Shown here: piece after piece, positions 48,878-58,307 of the stretch | Layout: the number at the start of each line of letters is the position of its first letter | Numbering within the stretch: position 1 is the stretch's first letter | Origin: Pseudomonadota bacterium | GTDB lineage: Bacteria; Bdellovibrionota_B; Oligoflexia; Oligoflexales; CAIYRB01 | Reading direction: 5' to 3' | Length of the DNA: 62,689 nucleotides | Assembly (NCBI GenBank): GCA_031416315.1 | Contig: JANOTL010000171.1 | Coordinates: 1-62,689 of the forward strand | The notes under the pieces: model-generated | Databases searched by the model: none | Told to the model about the DNA's origin: nothing | Seen by the model: only the letters and a program-made list of their open reading frames with translations | Position numbers and translations under genes: made by a program

Positions 48878-49573
48878 ATGCGCGCTGCGACCGCGCCGAA
48901 ACCCAAGGCAGAGGTTATTGCCTACATGGGTGTCGCGGCCAAACCAGTGCTCCAGCATCGCGCCGGCGTCGTCAAACGCGTTGTGCGCCGCAACCGCATC
49001 TTCGTCTGCGGCCTTTGTCGCGACGAGCATCCGAAAGAAGAAGAGGCGATGGGCTGCGTCGAAAGCTGCTGGGAGGAAATCCTCGCGCTGACCCCCGTCC
49101 TCCCGCGGCGCCGCGGCGTGTCGATGAGCTACCGCTGCCGCTTCTGCGCGCGGGATCACGAGAGCCAAAGCGCGGCGGGCGCTTGTGCGGCCGACTGTCG
49201 TGCGAAGCAGACGGCCGCCTTTTCCGTGGCGCGCGTTGCCGATCTGGAAGACCACATGGTGGCGACGTCACGGAGCTTGCGAGTGCGGCGCGCCGCAGCG
49301 CCGCTGCGTCTGGTCGCTGCGGGGCGCGGCACGAAGATGCTGAAAGACGAAGGCCGAGCGAGCCCGGAAGCATCGCCGCTGGACCCGGCGGCCGGCGCGC
49401 CGAGCGCGGATCCCGGCGTCGATTTGCCGCCGCAGGACGTCGCGGCGGCTGAGGCTGCGAAAGCGAAGCCCAAAAACGTCTTCTATCGGGACAACGCGAA
49501 GTATGCCTGCACGGTGTGCAATGCGCGTTTCTTCACAAGGATGGAAGTCACGGCCTGTTACGAGGCGCATTGA
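48878..49573 (+). CDS. protein with three zinc-finger-like motifs
   Basis: Three [FY]-x-C-x2-C-x12-C-x3-[CH] motifs; start may be ATG 48926. Confidence 0.72.
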   Translation: MRAATAPKPKAEVIAYMGVAAKPVLQHRAGVVKRVVRRNRIFVCGLCRDEHPKEEEAMGCVESCWEEILALTPVLPRRRGVSMSYRCRFCARDHESQSAAGACAADCRAKQTAAFSVARVADLEDHMVATSRSLRVRRAAAPLRLVAAGRGTKMLKDEGRASPEASPLDPAAGAPSADPGVDLPPQDVAAAEAAKAKPKNVFYRDNAKYACTVCNARFFTRMEVTACYEAH

Positions 49574-49641
49574 GTTGCGCTCTGGTTCGTGTGGCTAGCC
49601 CCCAGGAAAAGGCGGTACTCTCTCGGCGGGAGGAACCCGGA

Positions 49642-49971
49642 ATGCCACAACGATACTTCCTGATCGAATCTAGAGACCCCTTCGACACGACGACCGCCGA
49701 CTCCTCGGCAACCCTCGCCCGCTCGCTCGTCGCCGAAGGTTACCAAGTCACCCTCTTCTTGGTGCAGAACGGCGTCCTGCCAACCCGCCCCGGCTCGAGG
49801 TCGAAGCACCTCGCCGACGCGCACAAAGCCGGCGTTACCATCCTCGCCGACGAGTTTTCGCTGCGCGAGCGCGGCATCGCGCTGGACCGGCTCGTCCTCG
49901 GCGTCCAGGCCGCGCCGATCGACGTGGTCGTCGACGCGATGGCCGAAGGCGCCAAAACCATCTGGCATTGA
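49642..49971 (+). CDS. DsrE/DsrF/DsrH-like protein (no Cys)
   Basis: SRDPF, VTLFLVQNGV, DEFSLRERGI; GGAGG SD. Confidence 0.8.
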   Translation: MPQRYFLIESRDPFDTTTADSSATLARSLVAEGYQVTLFLVQNGVLPTRPGSRSKHLADAHKAGVTILADEFSLRERGIALDRLVLGVQAAPIDVVVDAMAEGAKTIWH

Positions 49972-49981
49972 GGACCGCGCC

Positions 49982-50392
49982 ATGAGCAAGAAGAAGCTTG
50001 CCTTCGCCCTGATGGACCCCCCGTTCGAGAACGCGCGCACGACGACCGCCATGCGGCTCCTCGAGGCCGCCGTGCGCAAAGGCCACGACGTGAGCGTCTT
50101 CGCGTACGAAGGCTCGGTCTACCTGCCCTTCGCGCGGCAGGCGCAGCACGCGAACTCGGTGCGGGGTCATTCTGTCGAGGAAGAGAATCATCCTTTGACG
50201 AAGGATTGGCTCGCCGCCCTGTTGGCGGCCGCCGAAGGCCGAGGCCAGAAGCTCGAATGGGCGAACTGCGGCCTCTGCGTCGACGAGCGCGGGGCGCAGG
50301 AGGCGATCGCCGGCGTGCGCCGCGGCTCGCCCGCGGATCTGGTGAAGTTCGCCGAAGAGTGCGACAACACGCTCGTCATCGCGACGCGCTGA
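49982..50392 (+). CDS. DsrE/TusD-like sulfur-relay protein
   Basis: MDPPFE, KGHDVSVFAYEGSV, CGLCVDERG. Confidence 0.82.
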   Translation: MSKKKLAFALMDPPFENARTTTAMRLLEAAVRKGHDVSVFAYEGSVYLPFARQAQHANSVRGHSVEEENHPLTKDWLAALLAAAEGRGQKLEWANCGLCVDERGAQEAIAGVRRGSPADLVKFAEECDNTLVIATR

Positions 50393-50408
50393 AGGACGGG
50401 GCCTCGTC

Positions 50409-50795
50409 ATGGCGAAAAAAATTCTGCAGCTGATCGACGGCGCCTATCGTTGCACCCTCGAGGAGCAGGACGATCCTGCCATTTGGATCACCAACGCGAT
50501 GAAGGGCGCTGGCGGTGACTTCACCGTCGTGCTGAGCGGCAATGCGGTGAATTACGGCGTCAAAGCGCAGGACGCCAGCGGCCTTGCCTTCGGCGCGTGG
50601 CGGCAGACAATGCCGCCGCGCATCCACGACGACCTGGCGAAGCTCATGGAGAAAGGCGTCGCCGTGCACGTCGTCGAAGAGGACGTGGCCGAGCGCGGGC
50701 TCGAGCGCGGCGAGCTGATCGCGGGGCTCAAGCCCATCGCGCGTGGCGCGGTTCCGAAGCTTTTGGCGACGCACGATTTGGTGTGGCGCTGGTAG
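50409..50795 (+). CDS. DsrE/DsrF-like protein
   Basis: VVLSGNAVNY, VHVVEEDVAERGL, terminal VWRW. Confidence 0.78.
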   Translation: MAKKILQLIDGAYRCTLEEQDDPAIWITNAMKGAGGDFTVVLSGNAVNYGVKAQDASGLAFGAWRQTMPPRIHDDLAKLMEKGVAVHVVEEDVAERGLERGELIAGLKPIARGAVPKLLATHDLVWRW

Positions 50796-50906
50796 CGGCG
50801 TCGCGCCGCGCATCTCTCGCACGAACTCGCGCTCGCTACAGCTCCCGACATCGGTCCGATCGAAGCGACGCCGTAGGCGAAGAGTCGGTTCGCCTGCTCC
50901 CGGCGG

Positions 50907-52052
50907 CTAGTTTCGAAGCTTGCGCGCCGCGTTCCACCAAAGTGGCGCGGCGCCCGCGAGCGCAACCAGGGCGATGCCGACCGATGCAGCCGCAAGATGA
51001 CGCACCGGTGTCTGCCAAGCACCCTCGATCCCATAAAAGAGCGCCAGGCTGATCGACGCGAGAACGGTCCAGAAGGGTGCGGCAGTCCCCGACACGATCG
51101 CTAAGAGCATCGCGATGAAAAGGTGGTTCTCGTGAACGCCGATGTTGAACATAGCGTACGCGAGAATGCCCCCAAGTCCCGCGACGAGCCAGGCGTTGGC
51201 GTCCGGCGCGGCTCGTCGGCGCCAAAGCGAAGCACAACAAATGCCGTAAAATAGGACAAAAGCCCCACGACAGACGATGACGGCCCATTCTGGCGGCGCG
51301 ATCACGACGTAGCTTTCCACCGGAATGCCGCGATGCAGCGCGATCAGCGTCTGGATGATCCACCCGAGATTGAGCCCTTGAAAGCTAAGCGCCGCGTGGC
51401 TGGTCGCCGCGCGCCAGGCGTCGACGAGCGGTGCATGACCATAGATCGCGATGGCGAAGGCGACGACGCCAGCGCCGCCCGCCGCGCCCCGGGCTGAGGG
51501 CCGCCAGCTCGGGGATTCACGAAGGAGGCGCAAGGCGAGAAACGGGCCGAGAATGAGCGGTTGCCATTTCGTCAGCGCGGCAACGGCGAATAGGGCGCCC
51601 GCCGTCGCGCTGCGCCCTTTCGAAAGGGCCCAAATGGCGCCCAAGAGCGTTGGAACGACGAAGACGTCGAGATATGCGAGGCCAACCGCGCTGAGCGTCA
51701 GCGCGAACAGGAGCATCGCGACTCGATCGAGGCGGCGCGTCCAGAGCCAATAGATCGCGGTCGAAAGCCAAGTGCAGCCGAGGAGGCCCAACTTCAAGGC
51801 CTCGAGGTCAGGGATGCCAAATCGATCCGCCATTCGTGTCAGAACGTAGAGAATGAGTGCGCATCCGGGCGGGTAGTCCGCATTGATGAGCCGATAACCT
51901 TCGACGGGGCCGGCGCCGCGGACATGCGACATCCAAGCGATCCACGTCGGCATGTCGACCGTTCCCTTCGCCTGGAGAAGCGCCGCGCCGACGAAGAGGC
52001 CTAAGACGACGAGCGCAAGAGATTGCGACTGCTCCTGGACCGGGCGGGGCAT
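50907..52052 (-). CDS. GT-C-type membrane glycosyltransferase (GT87/ALG-like)
   Basis: About 10 TM helices; GTVD, DYPPG, TKWQP, HENH. Confidence 0.65.
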   Translation of the reverse strand: MPRPVQEQSQSLALVVLGLFVGAALLQAKGTVDMPTWIAWMSHVRGAGPVEGYRLINADYPPGCALILYVLTRMADRFGIPDLEALKLGLLGCTWLSTAIYWLWTRRLDRVAMLLFALTLSAVGLAYLDVFVVPTLLGAIWALSKGRSATAGALFAVAALTKWQPLILGPFLALRLLRESPSWRPSARGAAGGAGVVAFAIAIYGHAPLVDAWRAATSHAALSFQGLNLGWIIQTLIALHRGIPVESYVVIAPPEWAVIVCRGAFVLFYGICCASLWRRRAAPDANAWLVAGLGGILAYAMFNIGVHENHLFIAMLLAIVSGTAAPFWTVLASISLALFYGIEGAWQTPVRHLAAASVGIALVALAGAAPLWWNAARKLRN

Positions 52053-52146
52053 GATCTCGATGTCTCCCTCTGCAGGCGTTGATGCGACGCCGCAGCTAAT
52101 CGCGCTTGCCTTCGCCGGTCAATGCCCATATTGTCCCGCCTTACGC

Positions 52147-53577
52147 ATGCCAACCGCAGCTCCGAGCCTCTTTTTCGTCGACCTCGACGGCACACTCGTC
52201 CGTAGCGATCTTCTTTTCGAGTCGGCTGTCGTGCTCTTGAAGCGGAGCCCCCTCCATGCTTTTGCGATGCTCTTTTGGCTCGCGCGCGGCGGCCGGGCAT
52301 TGCTCAAGGCCGAGATTGCCGCGCGCGTCGAGCTCGACATCGAGACTTTGCCTTTTGACGATGACGTCCTGGCCTTTTTGCGGGCGCGCTCGGCGGAAGG
52401 GGCGACGCTGATCCTCGCGACCGCTGCGGGGGCCGTATACGCGCACGCGGTCGCAAAACACTTGCGGCTTTTCGCGCGCGTCATCTCCAGCACCGCGACC
52501 CGCAATCTTTCCGGCCGCGAAAAGCTCGCCGCGGTCCTCCACGAAGCCGGCCCGCAGGAATTCTGTTACATCGGCAACGACTACGTCGACCTCGCGATTT
52601 GGCGCGTCTCGCGTTACGGGATCGTCGTCGGCGGGCGTCGCGGCCTGGTCGCGCGTGCACGGAAGGTGACCGAGGTGAGCGCCGTCATGTCGAGCGGGAC
52701 CTCGACGCTGAGCTCGATCGCGCGCCTCCTGCGGCCCCACCAGTGGACAAAAAACCTTCTCGTTTTCGTGCCTCTGCTGACGGCGCATCGGCTCTTCGAC
52801 GCTCGTGCGATCGGCCTGGCGACTCTCGGCGTTGTCGCGTTCTCGCTGGCCGCATCGTCCGTGTACATCGTCAATGACGTCATGGATCTCGCCGCCGACC
52901 GTGCCCACCCGACGAAAAGGGCGCGTCCGATCGCTTCCGGTGTCGTCTCGATTCCTGTCGCCTTCTTCCTTGCGGTCGGCCTGCTTGCCGTAGCGCTGGT
53001 GCTAGCTTTTTCGTTAAGCGCTGAGACCGGCTGGATCACAGTCGCTTACGCCGTTTTGTCGAACGTCTACACGCTGCGTTTGAAGCAGATCGTTCTCGCC
53101 GATGTCATGTGCCTCGCAACGCTGTATACGATACGCCTGCTCGCGGGCGGACTCGTCACGGGCGTCCCGATCTCGCAGTGGCTCCTCGCCTTCTCGATGT
53201 TTCTCTTCACGAGCCTTGCGATGGCCAAGCGGCTCGCCGAGCTGCGGAGCATCCGACACTCACAAATCGACCGCATCAAAGGGCGCGGTTATCATGCCGA
53301 GGATCAGATTATCGTCGCGGTTGGGGGCCTGGCGAGCGGCCTCGTGGCCGTCTTGGTGTTCGTTCTCTATGTCCAGAGCGATCACTTAGTAACTTACTAT
53401 GCCAATCCGAGCCGCCTTTGGTTCATCGCACCGCTGATCTACTACTGGATCTTACGAATTTACGTCCTCGCCAACCGCGGCAAGCTTCCCTCTGACCCCG
53501 TCGTGTTCGCGCTGCGAGACGTCCAAAGCTTCGTCGTGCTCGGCCTGACGATTCTTTGCGTCGTGCTTGCAAAGTAA
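52147..53577 (+). CDS. HAD-UbiA fusion, polyprenyl-phosphate phosphoribosyltransferase-like
   Basis: N-terminal VDLDGTL HAD; RPHQWTKNLLVF, NDVMDLAADRAHPTKRARPIASG, KRLAEL, DPVVFALRD. Confidence 0.9.
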   Translation: MPTAAPSLFFVDLDGTLVRSDLLFESAVVLLKRSPLHAFAMLFWLARGGRALLKAEIAARVELDIETLPFDDDVLAFLRARSAEGATLILATAAGAVYAHAVAKHLRLFARVISSTATRNLSGREKLAAVLHEAGPQEFCYIGNDYVDLAIWRVSRYGIVVGGRRGLVARARKVTEVSAVMSSGTSTLSSIARLLRPHQWTKNLLVFVPLLTAHRLFDARAIGLATLGVVAFSLAASSVYIVNDVMDLAADRAHPTKRARPIASGVVSIPVAFFLAVGLLAVALVLAFSLSAETGWITVAYAVLSNVYTLRLKQIVLADVMCLATLYTIRLLAGGLVTGVPISQWLLAFSMFLFTSLAMAKRLAELRSIRHSQIDRIKGRGYHAEDQIIVAVGGLASGLVAVLVFVLYVQSDHLVTYYANPSRLWFIAPLIYYWILRIYVLANRGKLPSDPVVFALRDVQSFVVLGLTILCVVLAK

Positions 53578-53717
53578 AGCTACTTTCCCCGAAGCACGAC
53601 CTCCCGGCGTCGCGATCCTCAGATGGGAGGGGCTGCGAGGTGTCGACTATTCCGGCGACCACGGCGGCGAGCCTGACGCGGTTGCACTACGACTCGCCTT
53701 TGATCTTCAAAGCGCCC

Positions 53718-54401
53718 CTACGCGCCGATCACGGCCGTCAAAGTCATCTGGATCGAATACCCGCGCAACCGCCCCTTCTCGTTCACGGTCTCGCCCTTCG
53801 CCACATCCAGGTACTTCGCCTTGTACGAGTTAAGCAACGGCATCGCCGCCCCGAGATTCAAGATGAAGCCCTCGAGCCTCGTCTTCAGGAGCTCCGGCGT
53901 ATGCCCTCGCTGTCGCGCCGGCGACAGCCAACTGAAGAAAATCCCGGGCGTCAGCGCAACACTCGTGACTCGAATCACGTACTCGTCGAGTCCCGCACCG
54001 GGCGCCACCGACCTTCCCACCGTGTCTTGATACGTGAGTCCCAACCCGAACCCGTAGCCGCCCGCCGGACTCCGCAGATCCAAGGTCTGGGCGCTGAGGC
54101 CGGTCCAAAGCGTCGCGCCGGTGCCGACGTAGTCGACGTCGAGCTCCTTGCCGCGGGCCGGCTCGTACGGGCCTAGCAGGATGTCGAGCGAGCCGCCGAA
54201 AAACCAGCTGTCAGCGACGTAGCCGTAGCCGAGCTGCACGGCGCCGGAGTTGCCTTGCACGGAATTGCCGTCGCCGGCCTTCAGGCTGTGACGCGCGCCG
54301 CTGAGGCCGACGCTGAAGACGTTGCGCTTGGGCTCGGCGCGCGCTGGGGCGGCCGCGGCAAGCGCGGCGGCGCAGAGGAGGCCGCGCGTCCCCGGGCTCA
54401 C
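53718..54401 (-). CDS. exported hypothetical protein, possible small beta-barrel
   Basis: Signal peptide ending ARA; Gly/aromatic amphipathic strands; GTGA overlap with tatC. Confidence 0.65.
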   Translation of the reverse strand: MSPGTRGLLCAAALAAAAPARAEPKRNVFSVGLSGARHSLKAGDGNSVQGNSGAVQLGYGYVADSWFFGGSLDILLGPYEPARGKELDVDYVGTGATLWTGLSAQTLDLRSPAGGYGFGLGLTYQDTVGRSVAPGAGLDEYVIRVTSVALTPGIFFSWLSPARQRGHTPELLKTRLEGFILNLGAAMPLLNSYKAKYLDVAKGETVNEKGRLRGYSIQMTLTAVIGA

Positions 54402-55183
54402 GTCTTCGACTTACGCTTGATGATGCGGATCACGACGATCGCCATTTCGTACATGCCGTAAACTGGAACGGCCATGGCGATCTGCGAGATCGGATCCGGC
54501 GGCGTCAGGATGGCCGCCAGCACCAGGATGCCGACGACGACAAAGCGCCGGCTTTTCTGCAGAGTCTCGACGCTGACCAAATCGAGCATCGCCATAAGGA
54601 CGATCAGGACCGGGATCTCGAAGACGATGCCGAAGCCGAAGATCATGAGGAGGAGCAAGGAGACGTAGTCCTTGATCGTGATCATCGGCACCCCGACCTC
54701 CATTCCCATCCCGATCAGGTAGGTGAGCGAGAAGGGCAGGATGACGAAATAGCAGAAGCCGACGCCGAGGAAGAAGAGGAGGGACGAGATCACCACGAAC
54801 GGCAGGATGTATTTCCGCTCGCGCGGATAGAGCGCCGGCTCGAAAAATTTCCAGAACTGGTAGAGCCAGATCGGACACGAGAACACCATGCCCGCGAGCC
54901 CGGCGACCTTGATCTGCACCATGAACACGTCGAGCGGCCCGGTGAAGTGCAAGGCGTTGCTGCCGCGCGGCAAGGCTTGGATCAAGGGGATTTTGAGGAA
55001 ATTCACGACCTGGTCGGCGAAGCCGAACGCCAAGGCGAAGATGACGCCGACGCCCCATAGCGAGCGGACGAGCCGATGGCGCAGCTCAGACAGGTGGTCC
55101 CAAAGGGACATCACCTTCCCGCCCTGGATCAGCTCTTCTTCCGTCGGCTCGGTCGCGCCCGGAAGCGCCGCGTTGTCGGTCAT
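54398..55183 (-). CDS. tatC: twin-arginine translocase subunit TatC
   Basis: MSLWDHLSELR, YQFWKFFEPALYPRE, FGIVFEIP, AAILTPPDPISQ. Confidence 0.95.
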   Translation of the reverse strand: MTDNAALPGATEPTEEELIQGGKVMSLWDHLSELRHRLVRSLWGVGVIFALAFGFADQVVNFLKIPLIQALPRGSNALHFTGPLDVFMVQIKVAGLAGMVFSCPIWLYQFWKFFEPALYPRERKYILPFVVISSLLFFLGVGFCYFVILPFSLTYLIGMGMEVGVPMITIKDYVSLLLLMIFGFGIVFEIPVLIVLMAMLDLVSVETLQKSRRFVVVGILVLAAILTPPDPISQIAMAVPVYGMYEMAIVVIRIIKRKSKT

Positions 55184-55322
55184 GGCAGGGGATCCCTCAA
55201 AGTCTGTCGATAAATGGTCAGCTGTCGTGTCGCCGGCCGGGCGCGGACCGGAGTTTACGTCGGGTAAATGAGGATCCGCGCCCGGCCGGCGGCGCGGCAG
55301 ATGGCCGTTTATCGACAGACTT

Positions 55323-58136
55323 TCAGTGCGCTTCGAGCCAGTTGTTGCCATGGCCGACGGCCACCTCGAGCGGCACCGAAAGCGCCATCGCCGAGCGCAT
55401 GCAGTCGGAGACGACGGCCTCGGCGGCCTCGCGCTCCGTGGTCGGGGTCTCGAAGACGAGCTCATCGTGGACTTGCAGAAGCATGCGCGCCTTGAGGCCG
55501 CGCTCGCGGAAAGCGTGGTCGATCTTGATCATGGCGAGCTTGATCAGGTCGGCGGCCGAGCCCTGGATCGGCGAGTTGACGGCGACGTTCTCCGCCGAGG
55601 CCGCGTCGCGGCCGTTCGCCGCGCCGAGCCCGTCGATCGGGCGGAAGCGGCCGAGGATGGTGCGCGAGCCGCCGGTCGTGCGCGCGTCGGCGATCGACCG
55701 GTCGATGAATGCCTGGATCCCGGGGTAGCTCGCGAAGTATTTGGCGATGAAGCTCACGGCCTCGGCCATCGACACTCCAGTCTCTGCGGCTAAGCGGCGG
55801 GGTCCCATGCCGTAGATGATACCAAAGTTGATGGCTTTGGCACGGGATCTCATCTCGGGGTCGACGTCGGCCGGGGCGACGCCGAAAATGCGCGACGCGG
55901 TCGACCGGTGGATGTCCTCGCCTTGCGCAAAAGCCTCGGTCAAGGCGTCCTCGTGGGCGAGATGCGCCAAAAGCCTGAGCTCGACTTGCGAGTAGTCGGC
56001 GCTGACGATCTCCCAGTCGGGCCTTTCGGAGCTGAAAGCCTTGCGGATCTCCTGGCCGAGCTCGGTTCGGATCGGGATGTTCTGCAGGTTCGGGTCGGAG
56101 GAGCTGAGCCGTCCGGTCGCCGAGCCGGTCTGATGGAAGGAGCTGTGGATCCTTCGCGTCGTCGGGTTCACGAGCTGCGGCAGAGAGTCGACATAGGTGT
56201 TTTTCAGCTTCGCCACCGTCCGATACTCGAGGATCGAGCGCGGCAAGGGGTGGCCGGCGAGCTTCGCCAGGACCGATTCGTCGGTGGAGAAGCCGGTCTT
56301 CGTCTTCTTGAGGTTCTTCACGCCGAGCGTCTCGTGGAGCTTCATCCGCGTGAAGAGGAGGTCGCCGAGCTGCTTCGGCGAGTTGATGTTGAAGGTCTCG
56401 CCCGCCTCGACGTAGATCCGCGCCTCCAGCTCGTCCGCCATGACCTTCAGCCGGTCGGAAAAGCGCATGAGCACGTTGGTGTCGACGTAGACGCCGGCCT
56501 GCTCCATCTTCGCCAAGATCGGGACGAGCGGCATCTCGACCTCGTTCAACACGCGGTCTAAGCCGGCCTCGGTGATCATCGGCGAGAACTTCTCGTAGAG
56601 CCGGTAGGTGAGGTCCGCGTCCTCGCAGGCATAGCGGTTCAGATCGTAGAGATTGGCGTCGAGCATCGAGATCTCGCCCTTCTCGCCGATCAAGGTCGAG
56701 GTCTTGATCTTCACGTACGCGAAATGCTTGAAGCAGCAAGCGTCGAGGCCGTGCGTGCGCGCCGAGGCGTCGAGGAGCCAATCCATGATCATCGTGTCGA
56801 GGAAGGGACCCGAGACCTCGAGCCCGACGTTGGTCAGCATCTGCAGGTCGAACTTGAGGTTGTGGCCGACCTTGACCGCGGTGGTTCGGGCAAAATGCGG
56901 GCGCAGCACGGCGAGGACCGCCTCCGGCGTCAGGCCGTCCATCAGGTGGCGCGCGTGCAGCGGCACGTAGAAGGCCTCGCCGCCGGTGACGGCGAGGCTG
57001 ACGCCGATCGGGCGCGAGTTGATCACGTCGAGTCCGGTCGTCTCGGTGTCGAAGGCGAAGATCCCGGCCTTCGCGAGCGCGAGGTCGACCTGGGCCAGCT
57101 TCTCTTTGGTGTTCGCGAGGACGTAGCCCGGCGTCCTGTCGGCAATCGAAGGCGGCAACACCGTGCGCGTTTGGACGATCGGGCCCTCGGCCGCGCCGTC
57201 TTCGTCGACGTCGGTCGGAAAGAGTGGCGCCGACGGCTGAACCGGCGGCGCGCCGAGCGCCTTTTGCACCTTGTCGGCCAGGAGCTTGAACTCGAGGTCG
57301 CGGTAGAGCTGGAGGAGGAGCGGGTTGGCCACGGCTGCGCGCGGCTCGCAACGGTACGCCTCGAGGTCGTCCTGGACCTCGCAGTCGGTCTTGATCGTCA
57401 CGAGCTGGCGCGACAGGAAGGCCATCTCCCGGGACTCGGTCAGCGCGGTGTTCTGCTTCTGGTTGGCGATCTTGGCGAGATTTTCATAGATCCCTTCCAA
57501 GGACCCGAATTCCGTAATCAATTTGGCGGCGCCTTTGTCCCCGATGCCTTTGACGCCGGGGACGTTGTCGGAGGCGTCGCCGATGATCGCGAGCGCGTCG
57601 ATCACCTGCTCCGGGGGCACGCCGAACTTTTCGATGACGCCGACGCGGTCGACGACCTCCGCGTCCTCGCCCTTCTTCGGCCGGTAGAGCTTCACCCGCT
57701 CGTCGACGAGCTGCATGAAATCCTTGTCGCCGGAGACGATGAAGACCTCGAGGCCCTCTCGCGAGTGCTTCTTCGCCAAGGAGCCGATCAGATCGTCGGC
57801 TTCGAGCCCCGGCATTCGCAACGTCTTGATGTTGAAGGAGTCCAGGAGCTGAAAGAAGAACGGGAGCTGTTTCGCCAGGTCCTCGGGCATCACCTTTCGG
57901 TTGGCCTTGTATTTGTCGTAGAGGAGATGGCGAAAGGTCGGCTCGCGCGAGTCGGTTGCCGCGACGAGGTAGTCCGGCTTCTGCTCGTTGATGAGCTTGG
58001 CGATGAACATCGCCGTCCCGTAGACGGCGCTGGTCGGCAGGCCGGCCTTGGTCGTGAGCGGGCGCATGATCGCGTAAAACGATCGAAAAGCCAGGGCCAT
58101 CGCGTCGATGATGTAAAGGCGCTCGGGGCGGCTCAT
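55323..58136 (-). CDS. polA: DNA polymerase I (5'-3' exo, 3'-5' exo, polymerase)
   Basis: YKANR, EADD, GDASDN, FDTETTG, HNLKFD, YACEDAD, TGRLSS, DYSQVELR, QVHDE; GGAGG SD. Confidence 0.98.
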   Translation of the reverse strand: MSRPERLYIIDAMALAFRSFYAIMRPLTTKAGLPTSAVYGTAMFIAKLINEQKPDYLVAATDSREPTFRHLLYDKYKANRKVMPEDLAKQLPFFFQLLDSFNIKTLRMPGLEADDLIGSLAKKHSREGLEVFIVSGDKDFMQLVDERVKLYRPKKGEDAEVVDRVGVIEKFGVPPEQVIDALAIIGDASDNVPGVKGIGDKGAAKLITEFGSLEGIYENLAKIANQKQNTALTESREMAFLSRQLVTIKTDCEVQDDLEAYRCEPRAAVANPLLLQLYRDLEFKLLADKVQKALGAPPVQPSAPLFPTDVDEDGAAEGPIVQTRTVLPPSIADRTPGYVLANTKEKLAQVDLALAKAGIFAFDTETTGLDVINSRPIGVSLAVTGGEAFYVPLHARHLMDGLTPEAVLAVLRPHFARTTAVKVGHNLKFDLQMLTNVGLEVSGPFLDTMIMDWLLDASARTHGLDACCFKHFAYVKIKTSTLIGEKGEISMLDANLYDLNRYACEDADLTYRLYEKFSPMITEAGLDRVLNEVEMPLVPILAKMEQAGVYVDTNVLMRFSDRLKVMADELEARIYVEAGETFNINSPKQLGDLLFTRMKLHETLGVKNLKKTKTGFSTDESVLAKLAGHPLPRSILEYRTVAKLKNTYVDSLPQLVNPTTRRIHSSFHQTGSATGRLSSSDPNLQNIPIRTELGQEIRKAFSSERPDWEIVSADYSQVELRLLAHLAHEDALTEAFAQGEDIHRSTASRIFGVAPADVDPEMRSRAKAINFGIIYGMGPRRLAAETGVSMAEAVSFIAKYFASYPGIQAFIDRSIADARTTGGSRTILGRFRPIDGLGAANGRDAASAENVAVNSPIQGSAADLIKLAMIKIDHAFRERGLKARMLLQVHDELVFETPTTEREAAEAVVSDCMRSAMALSVPLEVAVGHGNNWLEAH

Positions 58137-58225
58137 GCTCAAGTCCTCCAGGGAATACATGGAATAGGGCTCGGACCCTCCCCCAGGCAAGGAAAAGCTT
58201 GACCGGCGTCAAACATTTCGCGGGT

Positions 58226-58255
58226 TTGCCTTCCCCCGAAGTTTTCTTATAGGAT
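58226..58255 (+). promoter_or_regulatory. possible sigma70 promoter of gltA
   Basis: TTGCCT-18 nt-TAGGAT in the divergent polA/gltA intergenic region. Confidence 0.35.
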
Positions 58256-58307
58256 GGCGGGAGCACTCGAAAATTTGCGTTACGCCCTCCTACTGAGAGG
58301 AATGGTC

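Noticed and set aside
53578..53717. Protein-like fragment between UbiA and the tatC-linked gene
   Set aside because: No start/SD or recognisable motif; at most a decayed remnant.
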